Below are positions 53,148 to 62,975 of a stretch of DNA of 64,000 bases, one piece after another. The DNA lies in contig CABYZG010000001.1 in assembly GCA_902523455.1 (NCBI GenBank), forward strand, positions 251,023 through 315,022, written 5' to 3'. Position numbers and translations under genes: made by a program. The notes below the pieces were generated by a model. The model saw nothing but the letters and a program-made list of their open reading frames with translations. It was not told the DNA's origin and searched no databases. This DNA comes from an uncultured Pelagibacteraceae bacterium (GTDB taxonomy: Bacteria > Pseudomonadota > Alphaproteobacteria > Pelagibacterales > AG-422-B15). Numbering within the stretch: the first letter of the stretch is position 1; every line of letters starts with the position of its first letter.

Positions 53148-56100
53148 TGAAATTTTGTTATTGGATTAACTTCTAATTCATTATTTATTAATTCCTTAAT
53201 TGAATTTATTGCAGCCCTTGCACCCGATACTGTTAGAAAATATGGCAAGCTTTTCATAAGAGCAGTTCTTCTTATACCAAACGAATCGTTGATCGACTTT
53301 CTTCCTTCTGTTGTATTAATGATGATATCGATTTTATCTTCAATAAGTTCTTCAACAATGTGTGGCGATCCCTGAGATACTTTATTGATTTTCCTAACAT
53401 TCACACCCCCCTCAATGAGATAGTCTGCAGTTCCCGAAGTGGCTAATATTTGAAAGCCTAATTTTTGAAAGGATCTGATTATTGGAAGAATTTTTGGTTT
53501 ATCAGAGTCTTTCACTGATACAAATAAAGAGCCATCTTTAGGAAGTGGGTTAGAGGAAGCTAATTGGCATTTTATAAATGCTGATTCAAATGATGTATCG
53601 ATTGCCATTACCTCGCCAGTAGACTTCATTTCAGGGCCTAAAATAGTATCAACGTTTGGAAATCGTTTAAATGGAAAAACAGGTTCTTTAATTGAGATAT
53701 AGTTTGTCTTGTATGATTTAATTTTTTGACTATTTAATTTCATTCCTATTGCAGCGCCCAGTGCAATTTTTACAATTGGTTTTCCTGTAGCTTTAGCGAC
53801 AAACGGAACAGTTCGACTACTTCTTGGATTTACCTCAAGAAGGAATATGTTATTATTTTGAATTGCAAATTGTATATTTAGTAAGCCCTTTACTTTCAAT
53901 GCAATAGCCAATTTCTTTGTTTGTTTTTCAATATCTTTAATTATTTTTTCTGATAGCGAGTAAGGAGGAAGTGTACATGTTGAGTCACCTGAATGAATTC
54001 CAGCTTCTTCAATATGTTCCATTATACCAGCAATGATGACTTTCTTACCATCAGATACAGCATCAACGTCTACTTCAATAGAGTCTTCTAAATAGTGATC
54101 AATTAGTACAGGGCTTTTTCCGGAGACAACAACAGCTTCTTTGAAGTATTTTTTCAATTCATCCACACTATGAACAATTTCCATAGCTCTTCCGCCTAAT
54201 ACATATGATGGCCTTATCACTGCTGGAAAACCTATTTTCTTAATTACTGAGTTAGCTTCTTTTTCAGAATATGCGATACCATTTGCTGGTTGCAATAGAT
54301 TTAAGTTTTCAGAAATTTTTTTAAATTTTTCTCTATCCTCAGCAGTGTCAATTGACTCAGTTGAAGTACCCAAAATTGGTATATTCATTTTATTTAAATA
54401 GTCAGACAACTTAAGAGGTGTCTGACCGCCGAATTGAACAATAACCCCTAAAAGATTTCCTTTGCTTTTTTCCTTTCTAATAATTTCATATACATTTTCA
54501 TTCGTAAGGGGTTCAAAATAAAGTCTGTCACTGGTATCTGGATCGGTAGAGACTGTCTCTGGATTACAGTTGATCATGATAGTTTCATATTTCAATTCTT
54601 TTAGGGCAAAAGAGGCATGACAGCAGCAATAATCAAATTCAACACCTTGTCCAATTCGATTTGGGCCGCTTCCAAGAATAATTACCTTTTTTTTACTTGT
54701 TGGACTAGATTCACATGCATCGCTATTTAAAGAATTTTTAGCGTAAGTTGAGTACATGTATGGGGTCTTAGCTTCAAACTCAGCAGCACAGGTATCTATT
54801 CTTTTAAAGTCTGGAAAAATTTTGTTTTTGACACGCATATTAAAAATTTTCTCTTCCTTAGTATTACAGAGCTGTGATATTTTTTTGTCTGAAAATCCCA
54901 AAGATTTTATTCTAAGCAATTCTCTAGCGTTTCGTGGCAATCCTTTTTTTAGGGTTTTTTCCGTATCAACTATCCTTTTTATTTGACCTATAAACCAAGG
55001 ATCAACTTTTGAGGATTTATGAATTTGAACTATATCTAATCCAAAACGTAGTGCCTGAGCTACTAATAATAGTTTATCTGCAAGAGGTTTCTTAAGTTCA
55101 GATAAAATATTTTTCTTTGTGAGCTTTTTTTTATTCATACTCACAGTTACTTCATCTAAGCCGTCTAAACCAGTTTCAAGCGACCTCATTGCTTTTTGCA
55201 ATGACTCTGGAAATGACCTTCCAATAGCCATGACTTCACCAACAGATTTCATTGAACTTGATAGTAAAGGTTGCGTTAATTGAAATTTTTCAAATGTAAA
55301 TCTTGGAATTTTTGTAACTACATAGTCAATTGTTGGCTCAAACGAAGCAGGTGTAACTTTCGTAATTTCGTTAGTAAGTTCATCTAATGTGTACCCAACT
55401 GCCAATTTAGCAGCAACTTTGGCAATTGGAAAACCTGTCGCCTTTGAAGCTAAAGCAGAAGATCTAGAAACTCTTGGGTTCATTTCAATAATTACAAGCC
55501 TTCCATTTTTTGGATTGACAGCAAATTGAACATTAGAGCCTCCAGTTTCAACGCCAATTTCTCTGAGACATGCAATGGATGCGTTTCTCATAATTTGATA
55601 TTCTTTATCAGTTAAAGTAAGTGCAGGAGCTATTGTTATTGAGTCACCCGTATGGACTCCCATGGGGTCTACATTTTCAATTGAGCATATGATTATACAA
55701 TTATCATTTTTGTCTCTCACAACTTCCATTTCAAATTCTTTCCATCCAGCCACAGACTCTTCAATTAAAATTTCATTTATCGGCGAGTTATAAAGTCCAG
55801 AATTTGCGATTTCTTCGAACTGTTTCTCGGTAGTTGCGATTCCTCCACCTGTACCTCCAAGTGTAAACGATGGTCTTATGATGACAGGCAATCCAATTTT
55901 CTTTAGAGCTTTTTTTGCGTCTTTAAAATTTCTAGCAATTTCTGCTCTTGGGCATTCCAAGCCAATCTTAGTCATGGCTTTATAGAAACTTTCCCTTTCC
56001 TCTGCTTTTTTGATTGCTTTAAGATTTGCTCCAATTAATTCAACTTTGTACTTTTTTAATGTTCCATTTTTTGAAAGTTCAATTGCTATGTTTAATGCTG

Positions 56101-56380
56101 TCTGACCACCCATTGTTGGTAGAAGTACATCGGGCCTTTCTTTCTTAATTATTTTTGCAACAATCTCAGGCGTGATTGGTTCAATGTATACTACATCAGC
56201 AGTGTCAGGGTCAGTCATTATAGTTGCAGGATTAGAATTAATTAGAATTACTCTATACCCCTCTTCTCGTAATGCCTTACATGCCTGTGTTCCTGAATAA
56301 TCAAACTCGCACGCTTGACCTATTATTATTGGACCAGCTCCTACAATTAAAATAGATTTTATGTCTTTTCTCTTAGGCAT
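53144..56380 (-). CDS. carB: carbamoyl-phosphate synthase large subunit
   Basis: 1078 aa with duplicated ATP-grasp halves and an MGS-like C-terminus. Confidence 0.97.
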   Translation of the reverse strand: MPKRKDIKSILIVGAGPIIIGQACEFDYSGTQACKALREEGYRVILINSNPATIMTDPDTADVVYIEPITPEIVAKIIKKERPDVLLPTMGGQTALNIAIELSKNGTLKKYKVELIGANLKAIKKAEERESFYKAMTKIGLECPRAEIARNFKDAKKALKKIGLPVIIRPSFTLGGTGGGIATTEKQFEEIANSGLYNSPINEILIEESVAGWKEFEMEVVRDKNDNCIIICSIENVDPMGVHTGDSITIAPALTLTDKEYQIMRNASIACLREIGVETGGSNVQFAVNPKNGRLVIIEMNPRVSRSSALASKATGFPIAKVAAKLAVGYTLDELTNEITKVTPASFEPTIDYVVTKIPRFTFEKFQLTQPLLSSSMKSVGEVMAIGRSFPESLQKAMRSLETGLDGLDEVTVSMNKKKLTKKNILSELKKPLADKLLLVAQALRFGLDIVQIHKSSKVDPWFIGQIKRIVDTEKTLKKGLPRNARELLRIKSLGFSDKKISQLCNTKEEKIFNMRVKNKIFPDFKRIDTCAAEFEAKTPYMYSTYAKNSLNSDACESSPTSKKKVIILGSGPNRIGQGVEFDYCCCHASFALKELKYETIMINCNPETVSTDPDTSDRLYFEPLTNENVYEIIRKEKSKGNLLGVIVQFGGQTPLKLSDYLNKMNIPILGTSTESIDTAEDREKFKKISENLNLLQPANGIAYSEKEANSVIKKIGFPAVIRPSYVLGGRAMEIVHSVDELKKYFKEAVVVSGKSPVLIDHYLEDSIEVDVDAVSDGKKVIIAGIMEHIEEAGIHSGDSTCTLPPYSLSEKIIKDIEKQTKKLAIALKVKGLLNIQFAIQNNNIFLLEVNPRSSRTVPFVAKATGKPIVKIALGAAIGMKLNSQKIKSYKTNYISIKEPVFPFKRFPNVDTILGPEMKSTGEVMAIDTSFESAFIKCQLASSNPLPKDGSLFVSVKDSDKPKILPIIRSFQKLGFQILATSGTADYLIEGGVNVRKINKVSQGSPHIVEELIEDKIDIIINTTEGRKSINDSFGIRRTALMKSLPYFLTVSGARAAINSIKELINNELEVNPITKFH

Positions 56381-57521
56381 TTTGATTAATCATTTTTTTA
56401 AATTCTTGAAAAAGATAATGACTATCGTGCGGTCCTGGGCTTGCTTCAGGGTGATACTGTACAGCAAATATATTATTTCCTTTTCTTATACCTTCAATGC
56501 TTCCATCGAATAATGATTTATGAGTTATTTTCACATCTTTTGGAATAGATTTTTCAGTTACTTCAAAACCATGGTTTTGAGATGTGATCTCTACTTTTTC
56601 TGTTTCAAGGTTTTTAACTGGATGATTGGCCCCTCTGTGACCTTGAAACATTTTTTTTGTCTTTGCCCCTAATGCTAAAGAAATAAGTTGATGACCAAGA
56701 CATATCCCAAATAATGGGATTCTTGTCTCTATAAGTTTTTTAATAATTGGAATAGCGTATTTTCCTGTTGCTTTTGGATCACCTGGACCATTAGAAAGAA
56801 AAATACCATTAGGACTATAAGAAAGTATTTTTTCTACAGAAGTTTTAGCAGGTACTAAAATAACTTCCAAATTTAAATCTAGTAAGCAGTTTAATATATT
56901 CTTCTTAATTCCATAATCTATTGCTACAACTTTAAGTTTTGAACTTTTTTTAGATTTATAAATTTTTATATCCTTGCGTGACACATCGATAGCTAGATCA
57001 AGTCCATTAAGTCCTTTCCATTTTTTTATTTCCTTTAAACAGGACTCAGTTTTTTTATTGTTTATTGGACCTTCAATAATGCCACCTTTAGGCGCACCTT
57101 TAGAACGGATTCTATTTGTAATTAGTCTGGTATCAATATTACAAATACCTGGTACGTTGTTCTTTTTAAGCCACGCATCAAGATGAAGAATAGATCTATA
57201 GTTTGAAGGATCAGAAATATCACAGTTAATTATGATTCCTTTCGCATATGGTTTACTCGACTCGTTATCATCAAGATTTGTGCCTACATTACCAATGTGA
57301 GGAAAAGTAAAATTGATTATTTGTCCAGCATAAGAAGGGTCAGTTATTATTTCTTGATAACCTGTCATTGAGGTATTAAAACAAACTTCTCCTATTTCCA
57401 TATTAGAAGAGCCAATTTTTAGTCCATTAAATCGGGAACCATCTTCTAGAATAAGTTGGCCCTCAATAGGTTTAGATCGAGTTGTTGAGAGATCTTTTTT
57501 CAACCTATTCGCATTAGCCAT
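56373..57521 (-). CDS. carA: carbamoyl-phosphate synthase small (glutaminase) subunit
   Basis: GICLGHQL catalytic Cys and [13 protein letters not shown]. Confidence 0.96.
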   Translation of the reverse strand: MANANRLKKDLSTTRSKPIEGQLILEDGSRFNGLKIGSSNMEIGEVCFNTSMTGYQEIITDPSYAGQIINFTFPHIGNVGTNLDDNESSKPYAKGIIINCDISDPSNYRSILHLDAWLKKNNVPGICNIDTRLITNRIRSKGAPKGGIIEGPINNKKTESCLKEIKKWKGLNGLDLAIDVSRKDIKIYKSKKSSKLKVVAIDYGIKKNILNCLLDLNLEVILVPAKTSVEKILSYSPNGIFLSNGPGDPKATGKYAIPIIKKLIETRIPLFGICLGHQLISLALGAKTKKMFQGHRGANHPVKNLETEKVEITSQNHGFEVTEKSIPKDVKITHKSLFDGSIEGIRKGNNIFAVQYHPEASPGPHDSHYLFQEFKKMINQNA

Positions 57522-57643
57522 ATGTAGTGATTCTAGATTTATAGAAATTTAGTGCATATGGGGAATTCATGCAATAGTTAGATAAGATAATAAATATTAG
57601 ATCTATTATTGCCACAATATATCTGATGATGTAAATTTTATAT

Positions 57644-58111
57644 TTGTCTCAAATGAAAGAAAACATCACAACCGAATTATCTAATGCTCTAAAAAATGGG
57701 GATAAAGAGAGAATCCATACACTAAGACTAGTACTGGCTGCTATTAAAGATAAAGAAATTGCAAGTCGTTCATCAGGGGAAGACTCTACTATTTCAGATG
57801 ATACGATTATTAGTCTTCTCAAAAAAATGGTGAAGCAAAGAAATGATTCGATTGATATGTTTAAAAAAGCCGGAAGAGACGAACTTGTACAGAAAGAAAA
57901 TAGCGAAATCGATATAATTAGTGAGTTTCTTCCTAAGCAACTTGGTGAAGAAGATACTACGATAGCTTGTGAAGAAGCGATTAGTGCAACTGAAGCAAAA
58001 TCACTAAAGGAAATTGGAAAAGTGATAAAATATTTGAAAGAAAATAGCTCACCTGCTCTTGATATTTCTTTAGCAAGTAAAATTATAAAGGAAAAACTTC
58101 AAAATTTATAA
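57644..58111 (+). CDS. GatB/YqeY domain protein
   Basis: TTG start, 155 aa. Contains LRLVLAAIKDKEI and EISIISEFLPKQL-type motifs. Confidence 0.8.
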   Translation: MSQMKENITTELSNALKNGDKERIHTLRLVLAAIKDKEIASRSSGEDSTISDDTIISLLKKMVKQRNDSIDMFKKAGRDELVQKENSEIDIISEFLPKQLGEEDTTIACEEAISATEAKSLKEIGKVIKYLKENSSPALDISLASKIIKEKLQNL

Positions 58112-58158
58112 ATACTAGATAGTTATTCCTAACAATGCTCAACTAACATATTTTATTT

Positions 58159-59964
58159 ATGCCTAGATATTCAAAAGAATTTATTGGAGAAATTAAATCA
58201 AGATTACGCGTCTCAGATGTTGTTGGAAAGTTTGTAAAACTTACTCAAAGAGGAAATGAGTTTGTCGGGCTAAGTCCATTTAAAAATGAAAAGACACCTT
58301 CATTCACGGTCAATGATGAAAAAGAATTCTATCATTGTTTTAGTAGCGCTGAACATGGTGATATATTTTCTTTTTTAATGAAACATAAAAATATGTCTTA
58401 TCCAGAGTCAATTGAATACTTAGCAAGCCAAGCAGGTTTGAATCCTGAAACTGGTATTATTCGAGATCCAAATTATGTAGAAAAAGATTTTTCAAGTTTA
58501 AAAAAAATAATTAACGAAGCTAACAAGTATTTTAAGGATCAACTAAATGCTAGTTCAGAAGCTAAAAAGTATATAGATAAAAGATCAATTAATGAGAATA
58601 TAATTAAAAAATTTGAATTAGGCTATTCTGGAAATGGCAATGATAACCTATATAAACATTTGATTGAAAAAGGAATGAGTATTGATGATGCGATCTCTAT
58701 TGGTCTAATTAAAAAATCAAATAAGAAAAAAGGTGAATTTTATGATTTCTTTCGTAATAGATTTATGTTTCCAATTAAAGATTACAAATCAAACATTATT
58801 GCTTTTGGAGCCAGAGCTCTAGATAATTCCAATATAAAATATATAAATTCATCAGATAGTCCAATTTTCAAAAAAAGTTTTCAACTTTATAATTTAAATC
58901 TTGCAATTGAGGAAAATAGAAAGCCAAAAGATTTAATTATTGTTGAAGGATATATGGATGTTATCACTCTATATCAAAATAACTTTAAATCATCTGTAGC
59001 GCCATTAGGTACAGCACTTACAAATTATCAACTTGAACGAGCTTGGAAAGTTTGTCAAAACCCTATAATCATGTTTGATGGAGATGAAGCTGGTCAAAAA
59101 GCAGCACAGAGAGTTGCATTACTTGCATTGAATAATTTATTACCTGATCATTCCCTTCGATTTTGTATATTGCCTAAAGATTATGATCCAGATGATTATT
59201 TAAATAAGAATAGCCCATCAAGCTTGCAAGATGTTATTGATAATTCTTTATCATTATCTGAATATATCTGGGATACAGAACTTGAAAAAGAAGACATTTC
59301 CATACCTGAGAAAAAAGCTGGTTTTGAAAAAAGGATAAGAATACTAATAAACAAAATAAATAACAAAACAGTACGTGAATATTATAACAAATTTTTTAAT
59401 GATAAATTAAGTGAACTAAAATTTAATAGAAATATTTCCTACGATGTAAATTATCAAAGAAAAAAAAATAGGATTTCTAGTGAAATGCTCGCTAGCGACA
59501 GAGTTAAAAAGCAAAGCCATGAATCTGTTGTTCGTGAGAAAATCATGTTAATCTGTTTAATTGAGAATCCGTTCTTAATTGCGAAGTACTCGGAAGAACT
59601 AGGAAAAATTCGCTTTAATGATCTTAATTTGTCATCATTGGTATCTGAAATTCTTGAATTCTCAGCTTCTAATGTTGATAAAGAGCTTGAAAACTTTGAT
59701 TTTAAGTCTTATTTAATCGAAAGGGGATTAAATCAGGAGATCACATATATATTTCAATCCAAGCTATTAAGTACTTATAGGTCTATAATTAAGAACGAAA
59801 AAGTGGAGGTAGAAAGAAGCTTTATTAGTCTTTTAGATTTACATAAAATTTTAGTTGAGGAAAATGACCTAGACATTGCTTTAAATGATCTAGAAGAAAA
59901 AATGGACGAAAAAAGTTTTGAAAATTTTATGAGAATAAAAAAAGAAAGTATAAGCAAAAATTAA
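58159..59964 (+). CDS. dnaG: DNA primase (zinc-ribbon ligands degenerate)
   Basis: N-terminal [13 protein letters not shown]...YHCF region, TOPRIM domain ([22 protein letters not shown]), and dnaG-rpoD synteny. Confidence 0.92.
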   Translation: MPRYSKEFIGEIKSRLRVSDVVGKFVKLTQRGNEFVGLSPFKNEKTPSFTVNDEKEFYHCFSSAEHGDIFSFLMKHKNMSYPESIEYLASQAGLNPETGIIRDPNYVEKDFSSLKKIINEANKYFKDQLNASSEAKKYIDKRSINENIIKKFELGYSGNGNDNLYKHLIEKGMSIDDAISIGLIKKSNKKKGEFYDFFRNRFMFPIKDYKSNIIAFGARALDNSNIKYINSSDSPIFKKSFQLYNLNLAIEENRKPKDLIIVEGYMDVITLYQNNFKSSVAPLGTALTNYQLERAWKVCQNPIIMFDGDEAGQKAAQRVALLALNNLLPDHSLRFCILPKDYDPDDYLNKNSPSSLQDVIDNSLSLSEYIWDTELEKEDISIPEKKAGFEKRIRILINKINNKTVREYYNKFFNDKLSELKFNRNISYDVNYQRKKNRISSEMLASDRVKKQSHESVVREKIMLICLIENPFLIAKYSEELGKIRFNDLNLSSLVSEILEFSASNVDKELENFDFKSYLIERGLNQEITYIFQSKLLSTYRSIIKNEKVEVERSFISLLDLHKILVEENDLDIALNDLEEKMDEKSFENFMRIKKESISKN

Positions 59965-59965
59965 A

Positions 59966-61981
59966 ATGAAGAAAAGAGGCAGAAAAAAAAAGCAGGTCAA
60001 AGCTGAAGCTGAAAGCTTACAGGTACAAGCAAATGATCAAGATGGTCCTGTCCTAGATTTAGAAAAATCAATAATAAAAAAGCTCATTAAACAAGGTAAA
60101 AAAGACGGTTATCTCACCCACGAGATGATAAAAAAGTCTTTTCCTGAAGATAAATTTACTTCTGAACAAATTGAACAATATACAACAAAACTATCTCAAG
60201 TTGGGTTTGATATCATTGACTCTGATGACTCTGATAATGACGATGATAAAGATGACGAGTCAAATTCAGTAAAATCAGGAACAGAAAAAACAGATGATCC
60301 AGTTAAATTATATCTCAGAGAAATGGGAACAGTTGATCTACTATCTCGTGAGGGTGAAATTGCAATTGCTAAACGAATTGAAGCCGGTCAAGAAGCAATG
60401 ATTTCTGGGTTATGCGAAAGCCCACTTACTCTGCAGGCTATACTTAATTGGAGAGATGACATAGTTGCAGAAAAAATAACTTTAAGAGAAGTTATCGATC
60501 TAGAGTCATTATTCGAGGAGTCCCCAAATAAAAAGGAACTCAGCAAAAAAATAAAAGAAGCAAAAAAAAGAAAAGAACAGGAAGAAAAAGAAGAAATAAG
60601 AAAAAGAAAAGAAGCGGAAAAAAAATCTTCTACCTACGGTGATGATACAGAGCCAATGATTGAAACTTCCTCGGATCAAGTAATTGAGGAATATGAGGAT
60701 GCTGATGATGAATTAAACGTTTCAATTGCTATAATGGAAGAAGAGTTAAAGCCCCAGATTCTTGAAACATTTAAGAAATTAAATAAGAGTTTTAAAAAGC
60801 TACAAAAGCTGCAAAAAGATAAAATTGCATTCCAGGAAAAGGGCAAAGAATTCCCTTCAAGATCTGAAAAAAGTTATCAGGCTTCTAAGGCTGTCGTAGT
60901 TGAATTGATTAAAGGCTTGCAAATAAATACTAATAAAATTGAAGAGTTAATAAACAAGTTATACGTAATTAATAAAGAAATTGTATCTTTGGAAGGCAAA
61001 TTATTAAGACTTGCAGTTCAATATAAGATCTCTAGAGACGAATTCTTAGTTAAATACATTGGAAATGAAAATAATCCCTATTGGTTAAGAAAGATTACTA
61101 GACTTTCTGGGTGGGAAAAATTTGTTAAGGAAGAAAAAAATAATATAAAAAAAATAATGAACGATGTTAGAGCCGCTGCAAGTAATATAGGATTAACACT
61201 TAATGAATTCAAAAGAATTGTTAGTAATGTACAAAAGGGTGAGAGAGAATCAAGTATCGCTAAAAAAGAAATGATTGAAGCTAACCTGCGATTAGTAATT
61301 TCCATTGCAAAAAAATATACAAATAGAGGCTTACAATTTTTAGACTTAATTCAAGAAGGTAATATTGGTTTAATGAAAGCTGTGGATAAATTTGAATATA
61401 GAAGAGGTTATAAGTTTTCAACCTATGCAACTTGGTGGATCAGGCAAGCAATTACTCGATCAATAGCGGATCAAGCTAGAACTATTCGCATACCGGTGCA
61501 TATGATAGAAACAATCAATAAGATCGTAAGAACACAAAGGCTTCTTCTAAATGAAATTGGTAGGGAGCCAACACCTGAAGAAATATCTAAAAAATTAAAT
61601 ATGCCTCTTGAAAAAGTCAGAAAAGTTCTAAAGATTGCAAAAGAGCCTGTTAGCCTTGAAACTCCAGTTGGCGACGAGGAAGATAGTCACCTTGGTGACT
61701 TTATTCAAGATGAGAATGCTGTAATTCCAATTGATGCAGCGATTCACTCTAATTTGAGACAAACTACTACTAAAATATTATCGTCTTTAACACCACGTGA
61801 AGAAAGAGTATTAAGAATGAGATTTGGTATTGGTATGAATTCAGACCACACACTTGAAGAAGTTGGACAACAATTTTCTGTTACAAGGGAGAGAATTAGG
61901 CAGATTGAAGCAAAAGCACTCAGAAAACTCAAACACCCAACTCGTGCAAAGCTTTTAAAGAGCTTCTTAGATAAAAACTAG
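59966..61981 (+). CDS. rpoD: RNA polymerase primary sigma factor
   Basis: 671 aa with an acidic region 1.1/NCR and region 2 ([37 protein letters not shown]). Region 4 is also present. Confidence 0.97.
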   Translation: MKKRGRKKKQVKAEAESLQVQANDQDGPVLDLEKSIIKKLIKQGKKDGYLTHEMIKKSFPEDKFTSEQIEQYTTKLSQVGFDIIDSDDSDNDDDKDDESNSVKSGTEKTDDPVKLYLREMGTVDLLSREGEIAIAKRIEAGQEAMISGLCESPLTLQAILNWRDDIVAEKITLREVIDLESLFEESPNKKELSKKIKEAKKRKEQEEKEEIRKRKEAEKKSSTYGDDTEPMIETSSDQVIEEYEDADDELNVSIAIMEEELKPQILETFKKLNKSFKKLQKLQKDKIAFQEKGKEFPSRSEKSYQASKAVVVELIKGLQINTNKIEELINKLYVINKEIVSLEGKLLRLAVQYKISRDEFLVKYIGNENNPYWLRKITRLSGWEKFVKEEKNNIKKIMNDVRAAASNIGLTLNEFKRIVSNVQKGERESSIAKKEMIEANLRLVISIAKKYTNRGLQFLDLIQEGNIGLMKAVDKFEYRRGYKFSTYATWWIRQAITRSIADQARTIRIPVHMIETINKIVRTQRLLLNEIGREPTPEEISKKLNMPLEKVRKVLKIAKEPVSLETPVGDEEDSHLGDFIQDENAVIPIDAAIHSNLRQTTTKILSSLTPREERVLRMRFGIGMNSDHTLEEVGQQFSVTRERIRQIEAKALRKLKHPTRAKLLKSFLDKN

Positions 61982-62021
61982 TTTGTAAGACACCCTTTAT
62001 CTGTGTATAAAAGTTTTATAA

Positions 62022-62098
62022 GGGCCCATAGCTCAGTTGGTTAGAGCCCTCCGCTCATAACGGAGTTGTCCTAGGTTCGAGTCCTAGTGGGCCCACCA
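62022..62098 (+). tRNA. tRNA with CAT anticodon (elongator Met or lysidine-modified Ile2)
   Basis: Hand-folded 77-nt cloverleaf. Acceptor is GGGCCCA/TGGGCCC, D arm is GCTC-AGTTGGTTA-GAGC, and anticodon arm is CTCCG-CTCATAA-CGGAG. T arm is CTAGG-TTCGAGT-CCTAG, and CCA is encoded. It is not an initiator, because 1:72 is paired. C4:G69 and C5:G68 resemble E. coli tRNA-Ile2, so the identity is ambiguous. Confidence 0.92.
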
Positions 62099-62104
62099 AG
62101 AAAA
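62053..62104 (+). repeat. direct repeat copy 1 (attL-like): tRNA anticodon loop through CCA plus AGAAAA
   Basis: The 52 nt GCTCATAACGGAGTTGTCCTAGGTTCGAGTCCTAGTGGGCCCACCAAGAAAA are identical to 62851-62902. Confidence 0.9.
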
Positions 62105-62145
62105 CTGTGATAATTTCTATAGTCTAACTTAAATATAACAATTCG

Positions 62146-62163
62146 TGCGGGATATGTGCGGGA
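62146..62163 (+). repeat. TGCGGGA-TATG-TGCGGGA tandem heptamer motif (left copy)
   Basis: Read directly from the sequence, 41 nt after repeat copy 1. The same architecture recurs at 62762-62779. Confidence 0.8.
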
Positions 62164-62223
62164 CCCCTACTTGTCTTTTCGTTTATAACGAATAATATTT
62201 CTTTTAAATAATGCTAAATTTTT

Positions 62224-62631
62224 ATGATAAAAAAACTTCAAAATAGTCCGTCAGGAAAATTTTTAAATTTTAAATTTATGAAAGAAGAGAATGGGATTTA
62301 CTTTTTTGAAATAATTTTTCCACCCGAGACGGCAAGTCCACTCAATTTAGTTCAAGGTGGAATGATCGATGCCGCTTTAGACGAGGCCACATCTATGACA
62401 GCATATATTACTTTTAAAGAAGAAAAACTCCCCTTCACAACAGATCATCATGTTTTATTTCATAGGCCAATGCCGTTAGGTAAAGCCACTATTCAAACTA
62501 AAATTATAAAATATGGTAAAACGGTTACGACAATTGAGGGAAAGTTATTTGATCAGAACGAAAAGTTGGTCGCAACCATGCTTCACACTGCTTTGCCAAC
62601 TAGTATACCAAATCAGTCTAACCGTCTATAG
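62224..62631 (+). CDS. PaaI/4HBT-type hot-dog thioesterase
   Basis: 135 aa. LVQGGMIDAALDEATSMTA resembles the (H/Q)GG...D.a.g motif of PaaI-family thioesterases. No obvious SD, and Met19 is an alternative start. Confidence 0.65.
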   Translation: MIKKLQNSPSGKFLNFKFMKEENGIYFFEIIFPPETASPLNLVQGGMIDAALDEATSMTAYITFKEEKLPFTTDHHVLFHRPMPLGKATIQTKIIKYGKTVTTIEGKLFDQNEKLVATMLHTALPTSIPNQSNRL

Positions 62632-62761
62632 GTCCTAAGTCATCTAATTCCCTACGACACAATTCATCTTCTCTCATGCTACGCTTACGCTACTTGAAAG
62701 CAAAAGAGAAAATACTATAGTAAAACACCTCCTCTCTATACTTACTCTTATCAATTGTTTG

Positions 62762-62779
62762 TGCGGGATCTATGCGGGA
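62762..62779 (+). repeat. TGCGGGA-TCTA-TGCGGGA tandem heptamer motif (right copy)
   Basis: Read directly from the sequence, 71 nt before repeat copy 2. Orientation and 4-nt spacer match the left copy. Confidence 0.8.
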
Positions 62780-62850
62780 TAAATTTTAAAAACTTATTAT
62801 TTACAGAATAAAATTTGACTCATACCATGACATTATTGTTAGTGTGCCAA

Positions 62851-62902
62851 GCTCATAACGGAGTTGTCCTAGGTTCGAGTCCTAGTGGGCCCACCAAGAA
62901 AA
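62851..62902 (+). repeat. direct repeat copy 2 (attR-like / next attL): orphan 3-prime half of the tRNA(CAT)
   Basis: Perfect 52/52 identity to 62053-62104. The sequence upstream of it does not form the 5-prime half of a tRNA. Confidence 0.9.
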
Positions 62903-62975
62903 TAGCCAAATATTATTTTTCACTTCATTATTATCTAACGCAAGTCGTAATCTGGTCGTGAATAAATTTTAAAAA

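Larger units (their letters stand above)
62105..62850. mobile_element. putative integrase-less integrated cassette or decayed islet bounded by tRNA-derived direct repeats
   Basis: 746 bp lie between two perfect 52-bp direct repeats of the tRNA 3-prime half. The segment carries one ORF plus about 220 bp of non-coding DNA and paired TGCGGGA motifs near both ends. Confidence 0.4.

Noticed and set aside
62178-62192. Palindrome TTCGTT-TAT-AACGAA about 30 nt upstream of the thioesterase ORF.
   Set aside because: It could be an operator, but a 6-bp arm in AT-rich sequence is not statistically convincing on its own.
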